Below, in pieces: positions 1 to 10,643 of a stretch of DNA of 64,000 nt. Source of the DNA: Octopus bimaculoides (taxonomy: Eukaryota). Numbering within the stretch: the stretch's first letter is position 1; every line of letters begins with the position of its first letter. Made by a program: the position numbers and the translations under genes. Under the pieces are notes generated by a model, which saw only the letters and a list, made by a program, of their open reading frames with translations, was not told the origin of the DNA and did not search any database. The stretch spans positions 9,189,960 to 9,253,959 of the forward strand of contig NC_068989.1 of the NCBI RefSeq assembly GCF_001194135.2. The letters are read 5' to 3'.

Positions 1-70
1 TATATATCTACATATGTAGATATTCTGATATATATACATATATACACTTATATACATATATATATGTATA

Positions 71-104
<34 letters not shown>

Positions 105-985
105 TACATATATACACATACATATATATATATACTTACATTTATTTATATACATATATGTATGCATTTGTATATGTACATACATTTTTTATATATATAT
201 ATATATAACACAACCCCACCATTTACTGACATATATATATATATATATGTGTGTACTTACATAGATGTATTTATATTTGTGTACTATATATACGTACTTA
301 TGTATAAATATACTTATTTATACACACACACACACATATATATATAAATGTTTTACACACACACACAAATGTGCATACATACGTATGTACGTATATATAT
401 ATATATATATATATATTGATATAAGTACAGATGTTTATACATACGTAAACATACAGCTCACACACAATCGTACATATATAAGATGGCATTATACATATAC
501 TTAATTCAAAAATATACGTTAATATACTGTCAGAGAGGAAAAAATATACATTAACAAAAATATACATTACTATGGAAGCACTGAGTGGAAAAAACGAAAC
601 AAATGGAAGTTGGACACCTTCATTTTTGGCTTCCTTATTTTTTTTATTTATTTGCTCTTTGTCACTATGAATTTTTCCATTTGTAATTATATGTGTGTTT
701 TAACGCTCAAGTATGCTTGTGTGAGAGTATATATATATGTGAATATNNNNNNNNNNNNNNNNNNNNNNNNNNNNNNNNNNNNNNNNNNNNNNNNNNNNNN
801 NNNNNNNNNNNNNNNNNNNNNNNNNNNNNNNNNNNNNNNNNNNNNNNNNNNNNNNNNNNNNNNNNNNNNNNNNNNNNNNNNNNNNNNNNNNNNNNNNNNN
901 NNNNNNNNNNNNNNNNNNNNNNNNNNNNNNNNNNNNNNNNNNNNNNNNNNNNNNNNNNNNNNNNNNNNNNNNNNNNNNNNNNNNN

Positions 986-1017
<32 letters not shown>

Positions 1018-1323
1018 CGTGCATTTGTGTGACTGAATGTGTGTGCGTGTAAATATATATATATATATATATATACATAAATAAAATTGTGTGTATGTGT
1101 GTGTGTATACATACATATATATATAATGTGTATGTATGTAAGTGCTTTTGTGTCTGAATGTGTGTGTATACATATATGCATATATATATATATATACACA
1201 CACATAGATTTACATATGCACGTGTGTTTTTGTGTGTGTATATATGTATATATATACACACACAGAGAGGGAGTTGCATACAAGTACACTCTAAGTATAA
1301 ATATTTGTACATTACATTCACAC

Positions 1324-1362
<39 letters not shown>

Positions 1363-2431
1363 TGCAGGAATGTTTACATATATGTGTGTGTGCATGTGTG
1401 AGTATGTGTGTGTTTGTGTTTGTAAAAGGGTTAAGTAGACACATTCACTCAAGCAGTAAAATCATATCAACATACACACACACACACACACACATATAGT
1501 TTACATTATGAACACACACACATACACATGTGGAGCCACTGACATCAATTTATGTACACAAATTTCAGGTAAGTATAGAATCACTAATGGATGGTTAGAA
1601 AAGCATTGTCAACCACATGAGACTAAAATCATAAAAACTATTAGCAACCACTCCATGATGGCAACATGCAAATCTCAAGAATGGTGCCTTACATTTTGTT
1701 GTGATCCCAATACAAGGAACAGCAGTTTTATATTTATCTATATGTGTATTTCAATTTTTATTTTTATTATTTTGTTAAAATTGTTTGTATTTTTACAGAA
1801 GGCACCTGTAAATCTAGCTACATTCCATCAAAATTTCATTCCCATTTGCAGCTTAAATTTTGTGGAATTAGAGAATTTTTATTATCAGTTTTTTTTTTTT
1901 TGTTTTGTGGGGATAGTTTTTTTTTTAATTATATATATATATATATATATTTATGTATATTTTTCTCCCTGAATTGAATGTCTCAGCAAATGTAGTCAAT
2001 TAAATGAATTGCTAGCATATGTATTTGTACAGATGGACAAGAAAGAGTTACATGCTTGACTCAGTAATTCTTAAATATTGGTAAAGATAAGTTCCATTAC
2101 TTACAGGGTTAAAAGGATTCTATTGATGCCTGCATTTCCGTGTAACTGCATTTAAGTAATACGCAGCAGGAGGTGTTAGGTTTAGCATAACAGAACCGAA
2201 AGACGCATCCCTTCAGCTTTTAAAGAAGCCCTATAAGCTAACAGAACAAAATTTATGCCAGAGGGTAAGGAACTCCATTCCTGCATCTCAAATTGGAAAC
2301 AATCCACTGAGAATAATCTCTAAAATCTCATATGAAAAATATATTTAACCTCTTTGTTATCATGATTCTTATGAAATATATTATTTTTATAGCAAATGAT
2401 TTTTAAAATGATAAAATATTTACCTAGACAC

Positions 2432-2583
2432 AGGCATGACTGTGTGGTAAGGAGCTTGCTGCCCAACCATACAGGGTTTAGACCCACTGCATGGCAACTT
2501 CGGCAGGTGCCTTCTACTATATCCTTGGTTTGGCCAAAACCTTGTGAGTTAATTTGGTAGACACAAAACAAAAGAAGCCTATT
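2432..2583 (+). mobile_element. SINE family A (tRNA head + CORE-like TTGGGCAAGT domain), diverged
   Basis: Matches copies at 18407, 37686, 49635, 56889 and 59900. Confidence 0.75.
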
Positions 2584-2593
2584 GTGTGTGTGT

Positions 2594-2650
<57 letters not shown>

Positions 2651-3463
2651 NNNNNNNNNNNNNNNNNNNNNNNNNNNNNNNNNNNNNNNNNNNNNNNNNN
2701 NNNNNNNNNNNNNNNNNNNNNNNNNNNNNNNNNNNNNNNNNNNNNNNNNNNNNNNNNNNNNNNNNNNNNNNNNNNNNNNNNNNNNNNNNNNNNNNNNNNN
2801 NNNNNNNNNNNNNNNNNNNNNNNNNNNNNNNNNNNNNNNNNNNNNNNNNNNNNNNNNNNNNNNNNNNNNNNNNNNNNNNNNNNNNNNNNNNNNNNNNNNN
2901 NNNNNNNNNNNNNNNNNNNNNNNNNNNNNNNNNNNNNNNNNNNNNNNNNNNNNNNNNNNNNNNNNNNNNNNNNNNNNNNNNNNNNNNNNNNNNNNNNNNN
3001 NNNNNNNNNNNNNNNNNNNNNNNNNNNNNNNNNNNNNNNNNNNNNNNNNNNNNNNNNNNNNNNNNNNNNNNNNNNNNNNNNNNNNNNNNNNNNNNNNNNN
3101 NNNNNNNNNNNNNNNNNNNNNNNNNNNNNNNNNNNNNNNNNNNNNNNNNNNNNNNNNNNNNNNNNNNNNNNNNNNNNNNNNNNNNTATATACACATATAC
3201 ATATATATATATATATCATCATCATTGTTTAATGTTCATTTTCCATGCTGGGACTTTAGTTGTGGTGCTATTGCATCATCACGTCTGCAGCTAATAGTAT
3301 TCTTACTGTACCAAGATGGGGTGAGAGTATTGAGGTCTCCAGCAATTTAGAAGTGTATTAAAATGTTATATTTATAATGTGTAGCCTGCTGTGATAATTA
3401 ATTAAGTTATTGGTGGTATGTGCATACATAATTACGTTAATAACTTTAGTGTTGTTGGCAATA

Positions 3464-3604
3464 TGGCAGAATCGTTTGCATGCCAGGCAAATTGCTTAGC
3501 AGCATTTTGTCTGTCGCCATGTTCTGAGTTCAAATTCTGTCAAGGTTGACTTTGTCTTTCATCCTTTTGGGGGTCGATGAAATAAGCACCAGTTGAGCAC
3601 TGGG
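3464..3604 (+). mobile_element. SINE family B (tRNA-like head; central TTTCATCCTTT-GGGGTCGAT-AAATAAGTACCAG domain, Meta/MESC-like by recollection)
   Basis: TGGCAGAATCGTT...GAGTTCAAATTC; more than 12 related copies in this window. Confidence 0.8.
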
Positions 3605-3960
3605 AAACCTTTGGAGATATGCTGTGCTTGAGAAAACCCAGCAAGCCAAGTGAGATTGTAACCATGGCCGATGTCAGTGTGACATAACTGGCCCATTTAA
3701 AAGTACCCTTCAATCATCGGGAAATATACTGTGCTTGAGAAGACCTGTTGAGTCAAGTAAAATCATAGTCGTGGCTGATGCTAGTGCCACCATTGGTATG
3801 TAAAAAGCACTATTTGAGCTTGGTCAGTGCTAGTGCTGCCTGACTGGCTCCTGTGCCGGTGGCATGTAAAAAGCACCATTCAAACGTGGTTGATGCCAGC
3901 GCCACCAGACGGCTGCCATACCAGTGGCATGTAAAAGGCACCCACTACACTCTCAGAGTG
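3605..3960 (+). mobile_element. Family G non-autonomous retroelement, internal part with about 60-65 bp subrepeats
   Basis: Recurrent GTGCCGGTGGCATGTAAAAAGCACC...GCCAGT units; matches 6330-6685 and 58678-59057. Confidence 0.75.
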
Positions 3961-3964
3961 AGGT

Positions 3965-4318
3965 ATTACTGTATCTACCTATATATTTGCGAACCCATGG
4001 AAAACAAACCTGCACCAACTATTCTGTCTATATGTCTGTGCATACTTTACAATGCAATGTATGCCAGAAGGTCTGCAAATTTAACAGAGGCCTCAAAAGA
4101 CATTTTAAGATCCACAAAGATCAGAACTTAACTGTAGCTCTTCGTGGTTTAAATTGGATATGCAATCTATGTAGGTGTCTTTTCAAAACACTGCCTGGTT
4201 TAAAAAGCCACATCAGGTGCCATAATGGTTCTAAGGTGTAGGTACAGGAGGTGGTCAAACTCTGCATAAGGAGTAGACAACTACCATATAATGGTCAAAT
4301 ATTTCCTTACCTGGAAAC
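3965..4318 (+). pseudogene. 3' end of an RTE-type LINE ORF2 with C-terminal C2H2 zinc fingers
   Basis: CNVCQKVCKFNRGLKRHFKIH (4053-4115) and CNLCRCLFKTLPGLKSHIRCH (4161-4223), remnant ...YLRTH upstream, stop at 4241 and a short 3' UTR. Begins abruptly after a family G fragment. Confidence 0.7.
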
Positions 4319-4481
4319 AAGTGAGGGTTAGCAATAGGAAGGGCATTTTACTGTTAAAAAAAAAGTTGCTTCAATGAACTCTGGTTGACCTGTGCAAACA
4401 TGGAAAATTGGACGTTAGAACAATGATGATGATAATGATGATGGTGGCGGGTTTTTTTGGGGCACCATCACTATTGATATT

Positions 4482-4835
4482 TGTGGAGGCGCAATGGCCC
4501 AGTGGTTAGGGCAGCGGACTCACGGTCATAAGATTGCGGTTTCGATTCCCAGACCGGGCGTTGTGAGTGTTTATTGAGCGAAAACACCTAAAGCTCCACG
4601 AGGCTCCGGCAGGGGATGGTGGCGAACCCTGCTGTACTCTTTCACCACAACTTTCTCTCATTCTTACTTCCTGTTTCTGTTGTGCCTGTAATTCAAAGGG
4701 TCAGCCTTGTCACACTCTGTGTCACGCTGAATATCCCTGAGAACTACATTAAGGGTACTCGTGTCTGTGGAGTGCTCAGCCACTTGCATCGGATCAACTG
4801 GAACCCTCAATGTCATAAGCGACAGAGTACCAACA
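4482..4835 (+). mobile_element. tRNA(Arg)-like SINE family C with target-site duplication
   Basis: TGGCCCAGTGGTTAGGGC (box A), GGTTTCGATTCC (box B); flanked by ACTATTGAT at 4470-4478 and 4836-4844; homologous copies at 11833-12020 and 32389-32652. Confidence 0.85.
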
Positions 4836-5172
4836 ACTATTGATTTTATATATTGCAGTATGTTTACACTTTATATTATGTTTACATTGAATATATTTGC
4901 TATTTTGAATGTTGTATGCAGTACTTGGGGTTTTTGCATGCTACATCATTCCTGTTCAGTTCTGATTGAGTAGCCCTATGATCAAAGACTATCCAGCTGT
5001 GACAATCCCATCTTTTTTGCTTCTTATATATCTATGTCTACATTACCCAGCATGCTCTTACCTTCAAGGCCTGAATTTATGAAATCATTTTTTAAGTATA
5101 AAATATACAATTTTTGGTTTTGTTTTTAGATTGAGTTTTTTATGCCTAAAAGCTACTTTTATATGAACTCAC

Positions 5173-5226
5173 CAATATTGCTAGTTATCAATATTGCTAG
5201 TTATCAATATTGCTAGTTATCAATAT
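5173..5226. repeat. 16-bp tandem repeat x3.4 (CAATATTGCTAGTTAT)
   Basis: Perfect units. Confidence 0.95.
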
Positions 5227-5609
5227 AACAGAATAAAGGGACCTGCCTGCTGGGACAGTGCGTTCTCACAGTTGCTATTTTCCTAAGTAAATATTTACAA
5301 AACTAATCGTTCCTTTGAAATACCATATAAACGACGAAAATGTATATAAATGCATAACTATGTTATTGGATATGTGTGTTAAACTCATTTAAATGAACAA
5401 AACATAGCAATTTCTAAGGAAAATGTAAAATTTCAACCTCTTGTACAATTGTAGGACAAAATCTTCTGGCTGCCTTTGTTGTTAACATATGTGAAAAGTC
5501 AATGATACAGTTGGAACGAGCAGAAAAAATTGAATTTGAATTGATGTAATGATTTTTTGAGGACATAAATTTTCCATACAGTTCAACATTTAAGAGATGA
5601 GGAATTATG

Positions 5610-5806
5610 TACATTATTTACATTTGACAGATATTTCTCCTCATTTTGTTTGTTGTTAGCACAACGTTTTGGCTGTTATACCCTCCAGTCTTCATCAGGT
5701 GTCTAGGGGAAATTTCGAACCTGTGTTCTCATTTCTAAGATATCTTTTGATGTTATTATTAATATTCAGGTCACTGCTTGGAATCGAACTCAGAATCTTG
5801 GGGTTA
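5610..5806 (-). mobile_element. SINE family D (tRNA head + hammerhead), left arm of inverted pair 1
   Basis: Reverse complement of the 5812-6051 copy; hammerhead at 5658-5703 is degenerate (GAAA to AAAA); head truncated. Confidence 0.85.
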
Positions 5807-5811
5807 AGAGC

Positions 5812-5875
5812 AGGCATAGTGGTTAAGAGCGCAGGCTACTGACCCCAAGATTCCGAGTTCAATTCCAAGCAGTGA

Positions 5876-5913
<38 letters not shown>

Positions 5914-6051
5914 TCGAAAAATACCTTAGGAATGAGAAACCAGGTTCGAAATTTCTCCAAGACACCTGATGAAGGCTGGAGGGTATATCAGCCAAAACGT
6001 GTTAACAACAAACAAGATGAGGACAAATATCCGTCAAATGTAAATAATGTA
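5812..6051 (+). mobile_element. SINE family D, right arm of inverted pair 1
   Basis: Box A-like TAGTGGTTAAGAGC, box B-like GAGTTCAATTCC, (AAT)n, GACACCTGATGAAGGCTGG...CAGCCAAAACG, tail TGTAAATAATGTA. Confidence 0.9.
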
Positions 6052-6329
6052 TGAATTTTCCAGTTTGGTTTTTAGGTTAGACTCCTCCCAGTAATTATGC
6101 ATCCCAACAGTCTTGAAATTAACCTGTATATACCCCTGGTTGCGTTTGGGCAATACAAAACCTGCTCCTACTTGTTTGGACATGAACTCGCCGGGAAGAA
6201 TCTGACTGAGCATACGAAATGTTAAGTTGGTAGTTGACACCCGTGGCTAACAGTTGCATAGTGTCCTTCTCTTCCAGGTTGTGAAAGCTTACCATAATGT
6301 TTAATCTAAATACAGTGAAATTTTTTATG

Positions 6330-6685
6330 GGCCTCTTGTGCCGGTTGCACGAAAAAAGCACCATTTGAGCGCGATCGTTTCCAGCTTCACCTTACTGGCA
6401 CTTGTGCCGGTGGCATGTGGACAAAACATTGGACTGACTCCTTTGCAGATGGCACGTAAAAAACACCACTTGAGCGTGGCCATTGCCAGTACCGCCGGAC
6501 TGGCCCTCATGCTGATGGCATGTAAAAAACACCCACTACACTCTTGGAGTGGTTGGTGTTAGGAAGGGCATCCAGCAGTAGAAACTCTGCCAGATCAGAT
6601 TGGAGTCTGGTGTACCCATCCAGTTCGCCAGTCCCCAGTCAAATCGTCCAACCCATGCTAGCGGACGTTAAATGATGATGATGAT
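6330..6685 (+). mobile_element. Family G element with RTE-like 3' end (…GGAAGGGCATCCAGC…GGACGTTAAA(TGA)n)
   Basis: Subrepeats plus conserved tail and (GAT)n terminus. Confidence 0.8.
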
Positions 6686-7839
6686 TTATATGTGTGTATA
6701 TACACACATACACCCACATGCATAAACCAATTACATCAACTCCACTACTTCACTGGTACTTTATTTTATCAGACCTTGGAGACTTTGGAATTTGGTACAG
6801 TCTTCTGTATTGCCAATTCCCATTGGACCATTTAACCCATGCCAGAATTAGTTACATGAGGAATTAATAAATAATGAGAAAATTCAAAGTCATGAACTAA
6901 TAAAAAAAAGAGAGCTCAGAGTGGTAAAATTTAATTTCTGGAAATGGAGATATAAAGTTGTTGAATTATGGTGTTAAATAATGATGAAATATCTAAAAAG
7001 CAAAATTGTCTTTTGCAGGATTTGAACTAAGAATCTATAGATTAGGAACTAAATACCATTGTGCATTTTCTTTAGAACTTTTCAGTTCAGCATCTTCTGC
7101 TTGTACAAAATAATTTTGTTATTTCACTCTGAGCTACTTTTTCCAGCACACCTGATAAATGTCCACAAGATATCTATGATTTGAAGACGGGAGTTATTTA
7201 AACTTTCAGGAAATTGAATTAATATGTGTCTCAATTTAATACTAAGAAAGTTCTCATTGAAATGTGCAAAAATGCAGCAGCATACCCACATCTGCACTAA
7301 TATTCGCATTGAAACGAAGATTTTTTTTTTGTTTTTGTTTTTTGCACAAGCTGCCGTTGTGAATCAATATTTTCATATGCATTGCGAATCAAAATATGTT
7401 TGAGATCTCAGATAACAAATAGTTGCCTAAAGGGCCAATTAAATCTACGATTAACAACGTTGAAACCAATATCCAATACGTTGTAATAAACAATAAAAGC
7501 AAAAAAAAAATTCTAAATATTCTCATTTAACAGATTAAATTTTTAATATTATTTTTAATTGTCATCGATGGTAAGGAATAAGTATGTAACTGATTAAAAC
7601 TGAAAAAAATTCTTATGTCTCAATTATAACCAGATTTATTTATAATTAGTGAATATGTAAAAGAAAAATATATAAATTCTACGTCATGTGTTAAAATTTC
7701 TCTACACTACCCAATAACGTTTCAAATAAAATAGTCTTCAAATGAGGTAAAAAAAAGAAAAAAGAAAAAAGAAACGGTACTGTTGTTGCCCTTAAGTCTA
7801 AACCAATAATGCACTTGTTCATTATATAAATGAATTAAC

Positions 7840-8043
7840 GGCGGTGAGCTGGCAGAATCGTTAGCACACTAGGTAAAATGCTTAGCAGTATTTAGTCTGC
7901 TGTAACGTTCTAAGTTCAAATTCTGCCTTAGACAGACATAATTTATTGACCCTGAAAGGATAAAAGGCAAAGTCAGCCTCGGTGGAATTTGAACTCAGAA
8001 CGTAACAGCAGATGAAATAACGCTTCTGCTAGCTTGCTGCCTT
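7840..8043. mobile_element. Two family B fragments in inverted orientation (+ 7840-7929; - 7941-8043)
   Basis: CTGCTGTAACGTTCTAAGTTCAAATTCTGCC pairs with GGTGGAATTTGAACTCAGAACGTAACAGCAG. Confidence 0.8.
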
Positions 8044-8063
8044 GTTGATGAAGAAACATTGTT

Positions 8064-8190
8064 AGGTGCAATTATGTGGTAAGGAGTTTGTTTCCTAACC
8101 ACATGGTTGTGGGACCTTGGGCATATGTCATTTAGTATCATCATTGGCTTTGTGAGGAGATTTGGTAGATGGAAACTAAATGAAGCTCAT
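8064..8190 (+). mobile_element. SINE family A, highly diverged
   Basis: TGTGGTAAGGAGTTTG...ACCACATGGTT...GATTTGGTAGATGGAAACT. Confidence 0.6.
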
Positions 8191-8246
8191 TATGTATGTA
8201 TGTGTATATTTCTCGAAATATGAAAATTTATTTGCTTTATTATTGG

Positions 8247-8466
8247 CTCCAACAGCTTCTGCAAGCTGTTGTATATATGTCTTCAATGGTCTTCCAGCCA
8301 CTGTGGCATCATGATGGACAAACAGCAACACATTACTCACAAATTCTTCTTTACTTCTCCAGCAGTGGTCAGTAAACCTCAATCTCTGCTCTTGGATGGT
8401 TGATGAGAGAAAGTTGGTACATTTCCATATAACCATTGTTTTGTTGGGTTCTGCTACCAAAAGATG
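8247..8466 (-). pseudogene. RTE LINE ORF2 C-terminal fragment
   Basis: SSTIQEQRLRFTDHCWRSKEEFVSNVLLF...GRPLKTYIQQL matches the RTE pattern RRLRFAGHCWR...GRP.KTYIDQL. Confidence 0.75.
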
Positions 8467-8571
8467 TTGAGCACTGCACATAACATTCTAAAAAACATAG
8501 TCACACAATCGAAATCTCAAAGCTACAAGACAATGGTGGATAAATTCAAAACAGTGTGGATAAATAAGTGT

Positions 8572-8794
8572 TACATTATTTACAGTATTTACTTTCGACG
8601 GATATTTGTCTTCATCTTGTTTGTTGTTAACAAAACATTTCGGCTGATATACCCTCCAGCCTTCATCAGGTGTCTTAGGGAAATTTCGAACCTGGGTTCT
8701 CAATCCTGAGGTATTTTTCGATGTTGTTATCATCATCATCATTAATCAGGTCACTGCCTGGAATCGAACTAAGAAACCACTACACCATATTCCC
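8572..8794 (-). mobile_element. SINE family D, left arm of inverted pair 2
   Basis: Same family on the minus strand with an internal deletion in the tRNA head. Hammerhead at 8629-8674 keeps CUGAUGA and GAAA but has stem I/III substitutions. Confidence 0.85.
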
Positions 8795-8796
8795 AT

Positions 8797-8980
8797 GGGC
8801 ATATGGCGTAGTGGTTAAGAGCGTGGGCTACTAACCTCAAAATTCCAAGTTTGATTCCAGGCAGTGACCTGAATAATAATAATAATGATAATAATAATAA
8901 TAATAACATTGAAAAATACCTTAGGAATGAGAAACCATGTTCGAATTCTCCCCCAAGACACCTGATGAAGGCTGGAGGGT
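8797..8980 (+). mobile_element. SINE family D, right arm of inverted pair 2 (3' truncated within hammerhead stem II loop)
   Basis: GGGCATATGGCGTAGTGGTTAAGAGC...TTTGATTCCAGGCAGTGACCTG(AAT)n...GACACCTGATGAAGGCTGGAGGGT. Confidence 0.85.
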
Positions 8981-9010
8981 AAGACACATACACACATGGA
9001 TATGTATACA

Positions 9011-9054
<44 letters not shown>

Positions 9055-9348
9055 AATATATATATATGTATATATATATATATATNNNNNNNNNNGAATA
9101 TTCAATTTAGTAATACCAAATTGAATTTTATAATAAATAATATATAAATACAATTTAAAAAAGAACCCCCATTATACAATTCAAACAATGAAAGAGACAA
9201 ATCACCAAGAAAAACGTTCTCTACAAAATACTAATTTTAAAATCTATAAAATCTAATAGAAAAGTATAAAATCCATAAAAATCAGTAAAATACTAGACTA
9301 AAAATTTAATTCAACTTAGTAAATTGATAAAATAGAAGGTAAAGTGTT

Positions 9349-9456
9349 GACTGTGCGCGTTTCGTTGCCACATTATAGCAGAAAAAAAACAGTACAATTC
9401 ACAATAAATTGATCAAGATTATATTCTACTCAAAATACAGTCACTCATCAGGTCTC
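9349..9456 (-). ncRNA. Degenerate hammerhead-like motif (Penelope-like style)
   Basis: Minus strand: GAGAC-CUGAUGA-GU...(about 75 nt)...AC-GAAACGCGCACAGUC. Both core boxes are in the correct order with a CGCG palindrome after GAAA, but stem II is weak and U16.1 is absent. Confidence 0.35.
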
Positions 9457-9858
9457 TGGAAAAAAATAAGAATTCAAATAACGTATCTTACTAAATAAAT
9501 AATAAAAATATTAGTACATGTAGGAAAGCTCTCGTTAGTACAATAAATGAAATGTAAACACTTAATACTAATCATTCAAGTTAAAGGCATGGTTCGGATC
9601 TTTATGATTTGACGGCCAACACTTGTTTTCCTAACGAAACACTTTCAAACTTGGGACACTGGTAGAATGTGTCATACAAAACAACTTTTTCTCTTAGCCT
9701 TCTTAACAAAAAATTGGACATCGCAAGTTATTTCATGTTAAAGTTGTCGTATTTCTGTAATTTCAACCAATCACTGACGTCTATTCAGCTGAATACAGTT
9801 AGTACTGTTCGGTGTCAAGTGTGTTATTCCCTGTTTAATTATATCATTATTCCCTAGT

Positions 9859-9960
9859 AAGGGTTTAGGGTTCGGGTTTTAGAGTTAGTGTTAGGGTTAG
9901 GGTTAAGGTTATGGCAAAAATAATCATAACCCTAACCGTAATCCTAAAACTAACCTTAAA
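9859..9960. repeat. Degenerate telomere-like (TTAGGG)n facing (CCCTAA)n
   Basis: TTAGGGTTAGGGTTAAGGTT...AACCCTAACCGTAATCCTAAAACTAACC. Confidence 0.7.
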
Positions 9961-10547
9961 CTAGAGTTTGATTTGAAGAAGATTTGGCTGCTATTTCTAG
10001 GAAATGAAGCACTTGGTGGATGTGCATCAATGATTCTGCCAGCTCCAATAACAAGTGCAGGCAATATTCAAGTATTTTGATGGCTTTTTCCCCTTTGTTT
10101 ACGAACAGTCTAGTTAATCGGAAATGTCAGAACTAACGGGGATTAATACCATATACACCGTCACACAGCACTAACTATATTCAACTGAATAGACGTCAGT
10201 GATTAGTTGAAATTATCGAAATAAGACAATTTTTAACGTGAAATAACTTCAGATACAAAATTTTTTATCTGTTCTATACCACAAAATATACAAGTATACG
10301 AAGTTTGAAAGTGTTTCGGTACCAAAAACACTACATAAAAAAATGTTGGCCGTCAAACCCTAAAGATCCCATGGTTCATCTAAAATAACATCTGTGGACT
10401 AATGGTAGACATCTTTATGAACAGAAATACGTATAAAAAGATAGTGTTATTAAGTAAATAAATTCGAACGTTTAACAATATCAGTAAAGTATACGGACCG
10501 ACTTATCTCATCGACGATCTCTTGGGAACTCTAATTTTAACCTTAAA

Positions 10548-10643
10548 GCGTAGAATTTATACGAAGTATGTCACGTGACAATATGGCGTCCGTCCTTACT
10601 GCGTAGAATTTATAATATATAAATCACGTGACAATATGGTGTC
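10548..10643. promoter_or_regulatory. Candidate housekeeping-type promoter: 53-bp direct repeat with E-box TCACGTGAC and YY1-like AATATGG(C/T)G
   Basis: GTCACGTGACAATATGGCG (10570-10588) and ATCACGTGACAATATGGTG (10623-10641); locally CpG-enriched. Confidence 0.35.

Noticed and set aside
2105-2230. Minus-strand exon with a strong GTAAGT donor
   Set aside because: All three frames contain stops between acceptor and donor; at best non-coding and unsupported.
4053-4223. Member of the octopus C2H2-ZNF gene expansion
   Set aside because: No TGEKP linkers, finger spacing and 3' end are RTE-like, and the ORF start is borrowed from an adjacent repeat.
9859-9960. Ancient telomere fusion site
   Set aside because: Only a few degenerate units, embedded inside an inverted-repeat element; more simply part of a transposon.
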